A DNA stretch of 64,000 nt from Anaeromyxobacteraceae bacterium (lineage in GTDB: Bacteria > Myxococcota > Myxococcia > Myxococcales > Anaeromyxobacteraceae): positions 1,760,001-1,824,000 of the forward strand of contig JASGHJ010000002.1 in assembly GCA_047602405.1 (NCBI GenBank). The letters are read 5' to 3'. The position numbers and the translations under genes were made by a program. This document shows positions 50,919-60,234 of the stretch, piece after piece; positions within the stretch are counted from its first letter, which is position 1; each line of letters starts with the position of its first letter. Under the pieces are notes generated by a model that was given only the letters and a program-made list of their open reading frames with translations, searched no databases and was not told the DNA's origin.

Positions 50919-51098
50919 TCAGTTGTGCGGAGGGAACGCGGCTGGCTCCCCGGTCCCACCGTTGCCGACCGGGGGTTCGCCGGGCCGGCGCTCGGGCGCG
51001 GGCTCCGCGGGGACGCGGATCTTGTCGGGGGCGCCCTCCTCCACCTGGTGCGGCTTCATGGGGCGCTTCGGGTCGGGTCGCTTGGGCTGGCGTGGCAT
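50919..51098 (-). CDS. Possible small Pro-rich protein
   Basis: MPRQPKRPDPK... is GC3-biased but short and low-complexity. Confidence 0.35.
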   Translation of the reverse strand: MPRQPKRPDPKRPMKPHQVEEGAPDKIRVPAEPAPERRPGEPPVGNGGTGEPAAFPPHN

Positions 51099-51374
51099 GC
51101 CCACGAAGGTGATCACGCTGCGACGACTCGGGTGCGCGCCCACCCCGTGGCCCGAGGTCGGGCTCCGGCCGGCCGGTCGCTCCAACCCCGCCTGAGGACC
51201 GGGCTTTCGAGCAGATGCGACCCGGGGCCCCGGTCAGGCCCGACGGCACCGGGGCTGCAACCCTCGCGGCAGGACCTGGAGGGCACCCCTCGCGAGCGCG
51301 AGCGCCCCGCCAGAGGTTGCGTCAGATCAACACGACCCGCCGTCCGGGTCGCTATTCGTGTGGAGGGTTCCCAC

Positions 51375-51864
51375 TTGAACGCCCGCCTGCCCACCTCGAC
51401 GCTCCTCGTGCTCGGCCTCGCCGCGGCGCTCCCGGGGCGCGCGCAGGTCGCGACCGCGTTCCTCGAGCCGGCCGGGATTCCCGTGGACTCGCGGGACGCG
51501 ACCCCGTCGGCGCAGCCGGTCGGGGGCGGACCCATCGGCGGCGGCAGCACGGCCGACTGCCTGCCTCTTCAACCCCTCCACCGACCGCAGGACCGCGTCC
51601 TCGAGCCTCTGCCTCCGCTGCCACACCTCCGGGTCCGGCGCGTTCGAGCACGGCGGCCACCCGGTGGGCATGTCGTACCTGACCTACGGGAAGGACCTCC
51701 GGCAGGACCCGCAGGGCTTCAACCCCGCGGTCGTCCTGCAGGCCAACAACACGGTCGCCTGCCTGACCTGCCACGACCCGCGCTCGCAGCTCGTGCAGCA
51801 CCTCGCGGCCCCGACCGGCGGCGAGGTCGCGAAGCGCCTCTGCGTGGCCTGCCACCCGCACTGA
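51375..51864 (+). CDS. Small exported triheme cytochrome c (apparent indel at about 51563)
   Basis: GGAGG RBS with TTG start and a signal peptide. After the shift come CLRCH, HPVG, CLTCH and CVACH. Confidence 0.8.
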
Positions 51865-51868
51865 TTCT

Positions 51869-51988
51869 TCAGGGGGCGCTCGTCCCTCGACTCCGGGCCC
51901 GCGAAACGGGCCCTACGCTCGGGATGAACGGGCCCCCGGCGGCTCGCCGGGGCCCCACCCCTGGCAGCATCTCAGGGGGCGCTCGTCC
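51869..51988 (+). repeat. REP-like element bracketed by a 17-bp direct repeat
   Basis: GTCCCTCGACTCC-gggcccg cgaaa cgggccc-TACGCTCGGGATGAACGG at 51882-51931; TCAGGGGGCGCTCGTCC at 51869-51885 and 51972-51988. Confidence 0.8.
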
Positions 51989-52004
51989 GCTGGCAGCGGC
52001 CGCG

Positions 52005-52502
52005 CTACCGCAGGCGATCGAGCGCCCCGGTCGCGGCGCGCTGCAGGAGCGACGCGAAGCCCCGCTGGGCGCGCTGCTCCTCGAAGACGATCGCCTTCAC
52101 CTCGCCCACCACGACGGGCTCGAACCGGAGCACGTCCGCGATCTCGGTGATGACCACGAGCTCCGCGGGCGTGAGCTCCCGGTCCGCCGCGGCCACGCGG
52201 TAGGCGTCGCGCAGCAGGCAGAGCGCGAGCGCGCGATCCGGGCTCACCGCCTGGACGAGCGCCTCGAGGCTCACGCCGCGGTCCTCGGCGAGGAGGAACG
52301 CCCGCGCCAGCTGGTCCTCCGCGACGCCCAGGAACGAGGCGATGCGCTCCACGAGCAGGTGCTCGCCCATCGAGATGCCGTCGGCAGCCGCCAGGCGGGC
52401 GAGCGCCGCGAGGTACCGCGTGACGACCTCGGGCTCGAGCCCCGCGTCGTCGAGGCGGCCGTAGTCGCGCTGGAGGATCGCCTGCCGGATGCGCTGGGTC
52501 AT
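52005..52502 (-). CDS. TerB-like helical-domain protein
   Basis: Twin motifs LAAADGISMGE and VAAADRELTPAE. Confidence 0.75.
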   Translation of the reverse strand: MTQRIRQAILQRDYGRLDDAGLEPEVVTRYLAALARLAAADGISMGEHLLVERIASFLGVAEDQLARAFLLAEDRGVSLEALVQAVSPDRALALCLLRDAYRVAAADRELTPAELVVITEIADVLRFEPVVVGEVKAIVFEEQRAQRGFASLLQRAATGALDRLR

Positions 52503-52666
52503 GACGACCCCTCGTAACGCGAGCGGGCCCGGAGCCGCAACGGAGCAGATCGAGTGCTGCGGTGCGCCAGCAGGGCCCAGGTGGGCTCCTGGCATCCCGA
52601 TCGACTTGGGTCTAAAAGGGCGCGGCCCGCCGCCGCACGGACCCCTGGACGAATCCGGAGACCACC

Positions 52667-54192
52667 ATGGCACGCAACGGCAAGAGGAGCCTCTACGAGG
52701 AGGCGATGGAGACGTTCCACCGCGCGGCCGAGCTCATCAAGATGCAGCCCCGCGTCCGGATGGAGATCGAGGAGCCGGACTTCGAGCACGTCTTCCACGT
52801 GACCGCCGAGATCCGGGACCGGCTCCACCCGCTCGACGGCGAGGAGGCGAAGCGGTACCGCGACCTGACGCCCTCCGACGTGAAGGCGCGCGACGCGCTC
52901 GAGCCGCTCGCGAACGGCTCCTTCATCCTGCACCGCCGCGCGCTCCTCGAGGCCGACCTCACGATGCGCGAGGGCGTCATCCACATCCCGAAGCTCGGCC
53001 TCCTCAAGGTCGAGAAGGGTGGCCCGCGGAAGTTCCGAGCCTACCGCGTGCAGCACAACCAGGTGCGCGGCCCGTACAAGGGCGGCATCCGCTTCCACAA
53101 GGAGGTCTCGCTCGACCTCTTCAAGGTCCTCGCCGCCGACATGACCTGGAAGACCGCCATCGCCGAGGTGCCGTTCGGGGGCGCGAAGGGCGGCATCAAG
53201 TTCGACCCGTTCCAGTACTCCAAGGAGGAGATTCGAGCAGATCTCGCTCCGCTACGTCTACAAGGCGAAGAGCCTGATGGGCCCGTTCGTCGACATCCCC
53301 GCCCCGGACGTCGGCACCAACGGGGAGATCATGGCGTACTTCATGCGCCAGTTCACCGACGGCGAGCACGAGAAGCACAAGCTCCGCGGCGTCGTCACCG
53401 GCAAGGACGTGCGCATCGGCGGCTCCGAGGGGCGCGTCAAGGCGACCGGTCAGGGCGTCGTCTACTGCATCGAGGAGTGGGCGCGGGACCGCGGCTTCGA
53501 CCTCAAAGGCGCCCGCGTGCTCGTGCAGGGCTTCGGCAACGTCGGCTCGAACGCCGCCGAGATCCTCGCGGCGCTGGGGGCGAAGATCGTCGCGGTGAAC
53601 GACGCGCACGGCAGCGTGATGAACGACGCCGGCCTCGACGTCCCCGCGCTCGTCGCCCACACCCACCAGAACCCGGCCAACCTCCGCCGCTCGGTGGCGG
53701 GCTTTCCGGGCGGCACCGCGATTCTCGAAGGACGACTTCTGGGGCGTGGACGCGGACATCCTCGTGCCGGCGGCGCTCGGCGAGGAGGTCACCGGCCCCG
53801 TCGCCGAGCGGCTCAAGGTGAAGCTCGTCGCGGAGGGCGCGAACGGCCCCACCACCCGCGAGGGCGATGCCGTGCTGCAGGGCCGCAAGATCGACGTCAT
53901 CCCCGACATCATCTGCAACGCCGGCGGCGTGACGGTGTCCTACTACGAGTGGCTGCAGAACCAGCGGCTCGAGCACTGGACCGAGGGCGAGGTCAACCGG
54001 CGCCTCGAGCAGGCCATCAAGAAGAACTACGCGATCATCCGGGACATCGCGCGGAACCGACCGCAGCGCACGCCGCTCTACGACTCGCGGCCGTTCTGCG
54101 TGGGCGAGGCCGTCGACGTCCGCACCGCCGCGATGATCCTCGCGCTGAAGCGCGTCGAGGCGCACTACCTCATCGAGGGGTTCAGCCAGTAA
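52667..54192 (+). CDS. Glu/Leu/Phe/Val dehydrogenase, probably glutamate dehydrogenase (apparent indels at about 53232 and 53722)
   Basis: YRVQHN..RGPYKGGIRF, MTWK, GGAKGG, DIPAPDVGT, QGFGNVG, EGANGP and NAGGVTVSYYEW. Confidence 0.93.
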
Positions 54193-54195
54193 CGG

Positions 54196-55834
54196 TCACT
54201 GCAGGTCGTCGCCGGCCACGGCCTCGAGGAGCGGCTCCCGCCGCTCCTCGAGCAGCCGGGCGGCGCGGGGCAGCGCGAGCCGGTAGGCCACCGCGCCGCC
54301 GATCCCCACCGCGGCCCAGCTGCCCACGAGCACCGCCGGCGACTCGAGCCGGATCGCGAGCAGCGCCGGCAGGCCGAAGATCGCCGACACGCCGGACATG
54401 ACGAGCACCCCCGCGAGCGCGGAGAGCGGCGAGAGCGAGCCGCCGCGCTGGATGTCGTAGGGGATCGCGCGCGGGTTGAGCACCGACACGAAGTTCCCGG
54501 CGCCGGCGAGCCAGGGCGCCGCCCCGGCGTGGAGCGCGAACGCGGCCGCGAGCCCCCACGCGGGCGGAGCGCCGCCGAACGCGATCATCGCGCCGGCGCA
54601 GAGCACGAAGAAGCAGGAGCGAGAAGGCGTAGGCGACGGCGTTCTTCGCGAGGAGCACGTCCGCCGGCGCGAGCGGGGCGAGGAACCAGACCCTGCCGCC
54701 GCCCCGCTCCCACCCGAACGCGTTCAGGTAGAAGACCTCGGTCACGAGGTGGGCGTAGAGCGCGAACGCCACGAGCGGCAGCACCCGCAGCACCTCGCCG
54801 GAGTCCTGTGCCGTGAGCGTGGGCGCGACCTTCCAGGAGACGAGCGCGGCGAGCATCGGGATGAGCAGGAGGAGGAGCCCGGAGAGCGGGTTGCGCAGCA
54901 GGTACTTCCCCTCCTTCTCGACGAGCCCCCCGAGCCGCCCCGGGAGCCGCCAGCCCGCGCCGACCGCGGCGCCCTCCGCCCCCGCGCCGCCGCCGGAGAG
55001 CGCGGCCGAGAGCGCGAGGCGGTGGGCCACCCAGCTCGTCGCGGCCGCCGCGGAGGCGAGCGCCGCGAGCCAGGGCAGCGACGGCCCGACCTCGCCCCGG
55101 TAGAGCGGCGTGACGACGTTCTCCGCGAGCACCGCCGGGACCGCCACCCAGCGCACCCAGCCGAAGAGCCTGAAGACCTCCCAGACCTGGCGCTGGCCGC
55201 TCGTGCCCCACGCGGCGAGCCCCATCGTCGCGGCGTAGATGCCGGCGATGGCGAGGAGCTTGTGGCGGCGTCCGGCGAGGAAGCGGCTCGCGAAGGCCTG
55301 CAGCGCCGCGATCACCGCCACGGTGAAGAGGACGAAGAGCGCCATCGCGAGGAGGAGCACGAGGAGCCACGCGCCCGGCCGGGCCACCGCCGCGCCGAGG
55401 AAGGCGCCGGTCAGCATGAGCACCCAGAACACCGAGAACGGGTCGCCGGCCACCGAGGCGCCGAGGCCGTAGGCCGTGAGCCGCCAGGGCGCGATCGGGT
55501 AGGAGAGGAAGCGCCTGAGGTCGACCGCGTCACGGTCGGTGACGGTCATGGCCATGGAGGTCCACGCCGCGAACACCCCGAAGAAGAGGCCGCGCACGGC
55601 GAGGGACGCCGAGAGCCCGCCGCCCGCCCGCACGCCGCGGTAGGCCGCGGCGCCCGTGGCCGCCGCGAACACGAGCCCGAGCGGCAGCACGATGAGCCAG
55701 ATGAGCACCCGCGCCACGAGCTCCGGCACGCCGGAGCGGCCGCGGAGCCGGCGCCAGGCGAGGAGGAGCCGCAGCTCCGCGAACGCGAGGAGCACGCTCC
55801 GCGGCGCGGGCCCGGCGCTCGCGCCAGCGCTCAC
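54196..55834 (-). CDS. ABC-2-type permease (apparent indel at about 54610)
   Basis: Many TM helices; coupled to the ATPase gene. Confidence 0.85.
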
Positions 55835-56596
55835 GCGGGCTCCCCCGGGCGGAGCCACGAGAGCGCCTTGTGCTCGCGCTCCTCGCCCACGGTCCGGATG
55901 AACACGTCCTCGAGGGAGGCCTGCCCGCGGACCTCCTCGAGCGTGCCTTGCGCGGCGAGCCGGCCCTGCCGGACGATGCCGACGTGGGTCACGAGCCGCT
56001 CCACGACCTCGAGCACGTGCGAGGTGAGGAAGATGGTCATCGCCCGGCGGGCGACGAGGTCCTGGAGCATGCGCCGGATGCCCGTGACCGCGACCGCGTC
56101 GATGCCCTCGAACGGCTCGTCGAGGAAGAAGCAGGCGCGGGCCGTGGATCAGCGCGCAGCCGAGCGCGAGCTTCTTCTTCATGCCGTGGCTGTAGCTCGC
56201 CACGAGCTTCCCGGCGTGCTCGGCGAGCTCGAGCGCGGCGAGCAGCTCCTCGGCGCGGCGGGCGGCCTCCTTGCGGTCGAGGCCGTAGAGCTGGGCGTGG
56301 ATGCGCAGCTGCTCCACGCCGGAGAGCCGCTCGAAGAGCCCGAGGCCGTCGGGCACCACCCCGACCTGCCGCTTCACGGCGAGCGGGTCCGTGGCGAGGT
56401 CGTGGCCGAGCACGCGCGCGCGGCCGGAGGTCGGCGCGAGCAGCCCGGTCAGCATCTTGATGGTGGTGCTCTTCCCGGCGCCGTTCGGGCCGAGGAAGCC
56501 GTAGAACGCGCCCTCCGGGACACGGAGCGTGAGGTCCTCGACCGCGGGGCGGCCGTCGAACCGCCGGGTGAGGGCCTCGGTCTCGATCGCGAGCAC
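55831..56596 (-). CDS. ABC transporter ATP-binding protein (apparent indel at about 56128)
   Basis: GPNGAGKST, YSHGMKKK, (LF)LDEPFEGID and LTSH. Confidence 0.93.
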
Positions 56597-56606
56597 GCCC
56601 TCCCTT

Positions 56607-56969
56607 CTACTGGAGGTCGGGCGAATCCGCCTCCCCTGCCTCGAAGTACATGAAGCGCACGCCCATGCCGCGCATCGCGACGGGCCCCTCGGCGCCCTGC
56701 ACGCGGCCGAGCAGGTGGCAGACGTAGCGCACCTCGCCGATGGCGCTCATCTCGCCCGCGTCGGAGGGGAACGTGATGCGGACCTGCGAGCCGATGGGGT
56801 GCGGTACGCGGGTCTCCACGAACATGCCGCCCTGGGAGATGTTGCGGGCGACGCCGAGGCCGTGGCCGCGGTCGCCCTCCAGGAAGACCCGGAAGACCTT
56901 GTCGAGGCGTGCGGCGGAGCGCCGCTCCTTGCCGCTCGTGGTCGTGATGTTCTGGGTGGAGCCCGCCAT
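56607..56969 (-). CDS. PilZ-domain protein
   Basis: ERRSAAR (RxxxR) and NISQGG ([D/N]xSxxG); GGAGG RBS. Confidence 0.88.
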   Translation of the reverse strand: MAGSTQNITTTSGKERRSAARLDKVFRVFLEGDRGHGLGVARNISQGGMFVETRVPHPIGSQVRITFPSDAGEMSAIGEVRYVCHLLGRVQGAEGPVAMRGMGVRFMYFEAGEADSPDLQ

Positions 56970-57030
56970 CGCTGCCTCCGGTCGCTGAGGACCGGGCGAC
57001 GATATCCGGTGGGCGCATGTAGGCAAGAAA

Positions 57031-57070
57031 ACGACCTGACCTCACCTTGGATCACCTGGTCCCACCTCCC
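57031..57070. promoter_or_regulatory. Four helically phased (G/C)ACCT direct repeats
   Basis: acGACCTgac ctCACCTtgg atCACCTggt ccCACCTccc, with an exact 10-bp period, in a divergent intergenic region. Confidence 0.5.
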
Positions 57071-57135
57071 AGGAGGCGGTCATCCGCCGGCTCCCAGGCT
57101 AGATTCGGCCCCAGCCCTTCCCTCCCGGAGCCCCC

Positions 57136-57738
57136 ATGAGCCCCCTCCGCACGGCCGTCGTCGCGCTCACCCTCGCCCTCTGCCCGCTCCTCGCCCGCGC
57201 CGGGGACTTCGAGGCCGCCGCGGCCAAGGCCGAGCGCATCGAGCGGCTCGACGCCTTCCTCGAGCGGTTCATCGGGCGCTGCACCGACCCCTACACGCGC
57301 GCCGAGTGCGAGAAGGGCGTCGCGAGCTTCCGCAAGGAGGCGCTCGCGCGCTCCTACGTCGTGAAGATCCAGGAGGCGACCTCGCTCGTGCAGCCGCAGC
57401 GCGAGGGCGAGGGGTTCGTGCTGCTCCTCACCCCGTTCTTCGACGGCGGCGGGCTGGCGCTCACGAACGGCACGCCGACGAAGCAGGACCCGAGCGGCAA
57501 CCCGCTCGTCGCGCTCGTGCCGGTGAAGAGCGCGCTCCCGCCCGGCGCGATGGACCTCGAGTTCCTCTCCCCGTTCCGCACGGGCGCGATCGAGCTCGAG
57601 GTGGTCTTCCAGCCGCTCAAGGCGTGGAAGATGCCGAAGAAGGGCGGGGGCTCGATCGAGGGCGTGGGCGCGAAGCTCGTTGCGGTGCGCGTGCTCGACG
57701 GCCGCACCGGCAACGAGCTCGGCTCACGCCGGATGTAG
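57136..57738 (+). CDS. Exported hypothetical protein
   Basis: Signal peptide ending ARA-G; GC3-biased. Confidence 0.8.
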   Translation: MSPLRTAVVALTLALCPLLARAGDFEAAAAKAERIERLDAFLERFIGRCTDPYTRAECEKGVASFRKEALARSYVVKIQEATSLVQPQREGEGFVLLLTPFFDGGGLALTNGTPTKQDPSGNPLVALVPVKSALPPGAMDLEFLSPFRTGAIELEVVFQPLKAWKMPKKGGGSIEGVGAKLVAVRVLDGRTGNELGSRRM

Positions 57739-57743
57739 CGGCC

Positions 57744-59330
57744 CTACTGGCGGCCGCCGACCGGGACCGGGAAGAACGCGGAGCTGTCGCCGCGGCGCAC
57801 GCGCAGGAGCGCGAACTCGCCGTCCTTCATCGCGCCCACGATCTTCGCGACCTCGGCGGGCTGCTTCACCGGCTTGCGGTTCACCTCGAGGATCACGTCG
57901 CCCTCGCGGATGCCCGCGCGCTCCGCGGGGCCACCCTCGACGACCTTCAGGACGACCACGCCGGCGCCGGCCGCGAGGCCCGCCTCCTTCGCGAGCTCGG
58001 GCGTGATCGGCGAGAGCGAGAGGCCGAGCTTCGGGCTCTTGTTGCCCTGCTCCTCCCCGCCGCCCTCCTCCTCCGGCGCGCCCGCGGCGACCTCGTCGCT
58101 CGGGCGGGCCTCGACGGTCATCGTGATGGTCTTCCTCGCGCCGTTGCGGAGGATCACGACCTCCGCCTTCCCGCCCGGCTGGATGAGCGAGACGGTGCGG
58201 GTGAGCGCGCCGGACGAGTCGACGTCCTTGCCGTTCACCGAGAGGATGATGTCGCCGGGCTCGATGCCGGCCTTCGCGGCGGGCTTGTTCGCGACGACGC
58301 TCTCGACGAGCGCGCCCTTCTGGTTGGGCGGCAGGCCGAACGCCTGCGCGAGGTCCGGCACCATCGCCTGGACCGCGACGCCCATGAAGCCGCGGCTCAC
58401 CTTGCCCTTCTCCTTGAGCTGGGGCAGGAGCGCCTTCGCGATGTTGATCGGCACCGCGAAGCCGATGCCCTGGCCGAGCTGCGGGGAGACGATGGCGGTG
58501 TTGATGCCGACCACCTCGCCCCGGAGGTTGAAGAGCGGGCCGCCCGAGTTGCCCTGGTTGATGGCGGCGTCGGTCTGGAGGAAGTCGTCGAAGGTGTTGC
58601 CGGGCGAGACGCCCTCGCGGTGCTTCGCCGAGATGATGCCCAGCGTGGCCGTGTCGTTGAGGCCGAACGGGCTGCCGAGGGCGAGCACGAAGTCGCCCTG
58701 GCGGATCGCGTCGGAGTCGCCGAGGGTGACGGAGGGGAGATCCTTCGGCGGGTTGTTGAGCCGGATGAGGGCCACGTCGGTGACGGCGTCGGTGCCGACC
58801 TTCGTGGCCCGGAACTCGCGGCCGTCGGTCAGGCGGACGGTGATGTCGGTCGAGTCCTTCACCACGTGGTTGTTCGTGAGGATGAAGCCGTCGGCGTTGA
58901 GCAGGAACCCGGAGCCGAGCGACGAGCCGCGCAGCTCCGGCGGCCCCTCGCCGGGCCCGCCCGGCCCGCCCTGGCCCTGGCCGCGGCCGAAGAAGCGGTC
59001 GAAGTACTGCTGGAACTCGTCGCCGCCGCCGTTCGGGGCGCCGCGGTTGCCGCGGCGGTTCCCGCCGATGGCCGGGTGCTTCACGACGGTGTTCGTCGAG
59101 ATGTTCACGACCATCGGCTTCAGGCGATCGATGAGCGGCGCGAGCGACGTCTGGGCCGGGACGGCCGCCTCGGGCTGCGCGGCGGGCTGGGCGGAGGCTT
59201 CCTTGAAGAGCGGGCTGCTGGAGGCGGTGCGGGGGGCCTCGGGGCCGGTGGCGGCCTGGCCGTCACGCGAGCAGGCCAGGAGGGCCGCGATGAAGGCGAC
59301 GCCGAGGGCACGCTGGAGGAGCTTGCTCAT
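57744..59330 (-). CDS. degP: DegP/HtrA serine protease with two PDZ domains (lipoprotein signal)
   Basis: GSGF, TNNHVV, DVAL, QTDAAINQGNSGGPL, two PDZ domains and LLAC lipobox. Confidence 0.93.
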   Translation of the reverse strand: MSKLLQRALGVAFIAALLACSRDGQAATGPEAPRTASSSPLFKEASAQPAAQPEAAVPAQTSLAPLIDRLKPMVVNISTNTVVKHPAIGGNRRGNRGAPNGGGDEFQQYFDRFFGRGQGQGGPGGPGEGPPELRGSSLGSGFLLNADGFILTNNHVVKDSTDITVRLTDGREFRATKVGTDAVTDVALIRLNNPPKDLPSVTLGDSDAIRQGDFVLALGSPFGLNDTATLGIISAKHREGVSPGNTFDDFLQTDAAINQGNSGGPLFNLRGEVVGINTAIVSPQLGQGIGFAVPINIAKALLPQLKEKGKVSRGFMGVAVQAMVPDLAQAFGLPPNQKGALVESVVANKPAAKAGIEPGDIILSVNGKDVDSSGALTRTVSLIQPGGKAEVVILRNGARKTITMTVEARPSDEVAAGAPEEEGGGEEQGNKSPKLGLSLSPITPELAKEAGLAAGAGVVVLKVVEGGPAERAGIREGDVILEVNRKPVKQPAEVAKIVGAMKDGEFALLRVRRGDSSAFFPVPVGGRQ

Positions 59331-59392
59331 GGGATTTCCTTCGATTCCTCGCTGATGAGATGTCCGGTAGGGGGAGAGACGTCCTCGAGCGG

Positions 59393-59420
59393 TAAGACAG
59401 GCGAAAACGGATTGTATTCC
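59393..59420 (-). promoter_or_regulatory. Candidate ECF-sigma promoter of degP
   Basis: GGAAT-N17-GTCTTA on the minus strand upstream of degP. Confidence 0.4.
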
Positions 59421-59426
59421 AGGGGA

Positions 59427-59966
59427 TCACGCGCGGGCGAGCCGGCCGACGCGGACCCGCGCGGGCCGGAGGATCCGATCCCCGATCCGATAGCCGGCCC
59501 GGACCTCCTGCACCACCATCCCGTCCTGGGCCGGGTCGGCGACCGTCACCGCGTCGACGGCCTCGGCCAGCCGGGGGTCGAAGCGCTGCCCGGCGACCGC
59601 GAGCCGCTCGGCCCCGAGCGCGCCGATGCGCTTCGTGAGGCCCGCGAGCGAGAGCTTCACGCCCTCCACGAGGGCCGCGAGGGCGGGGCCGGCGTCGCCC
59701 GCACCGACGGCGGCGGCGAGCGCGCGCTCGAGGTCGTCCGCCGCCTCGAGGAGCGCCTGCGCCACCGCGGTGCGCTCCGCCTCGATGATCCGGGCGCGCT
59801 CGCGCTCCGCGCGCTGGCGGAAGGCCTTCTGGTCCTCGACGAGCGCGGCGTACGCGCGCGTGAGCTCGTCGATGCGGGCGGCCTGCTGGGCGAGCCTCGC
59901 GTCGCGGTCGTCGGGCGCGGGCGGGTCGGAAGGGACGTCGTCGGGCGTGGGCGTCTCGGGGTTCAC
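59427..59966 (-). CDS. grpE: Nucleotide exchange factor GrpE
   Basis: DDLERAL, FDPRLAEAV and GYRIGDRILRPARVRV. Confidence 0.9.
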   Translation of the reverse strand: MNPETPTPDDVPSDPPAPDDRDARLAQQAARIDELTRAYAALVEDQKAFRQRAERERARIIEAERTAVAQALLEAADDLERALAAAVGAGDAGPALAALVEGVKLSLAGLTKRIGALGAERLAVAGQRFDPRLAEAVDAVTVADPAQDGMVVQEVRAGYRIGDRILRPARVRVGRLARA

Positions 59967-60009
59967 GGCGGCGAACGTAAGCACCCGCCCCGGCGCGTCA
60001 AATGGGTCC

Positions 60010-60234
60010 TCACGGCACGGGGGGCTCGGGGTCGTCGCCCGCAGGGGCGCCGTCCCGGATGTCCACCCCGGCCGCGCGCAGGCTGTAGAAGAGCAGCCAC
60101 CGCTCCGCCGGCGAGAGGCTCCCGGGCGGCAGGGCGCGGTCGATCTCCTCGGCGGTGAGGTGCCCGCGCTGGATCCCCACCTGGAACAGGCGCTTGCGCG
60201 CCTCGTGGCTCTGGGAGACGTACTTCACGTTCAC
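60010..60234 (-). CDS. Small stand-alone sigma70 region 1.1-like protein (74 aa)
   Basis: [23 protein letters not shown]...LRAAGVDI. The GTG overlaps the ftsH TGA. Confidence 0.7.
   Translation of the reverse strand: MNVKYVSQSHEARKRLFQVGIQRGHLTAEEIDRALPPGSLSPAERWLLFYSLRAAGVDIRDGAPAGDDPEPPVP

Noticed and set aside
51190..51345. Cyclic-dinucleotide (GEMM) riboswitch upstream of the cytochrome gene
   Set aside because: GC-rich stems are present (GCAACC/GGTTGC), but the GCAAAC...GNRA...GCAAAG consensus is absent.
56529..60158. Long antisense or alternative-frame ORFs here and throughout the window
   Set aside because: These are R/G/A/P-rich or mirror-frame shadows of real genes, as expected in very GC-rich DNA.
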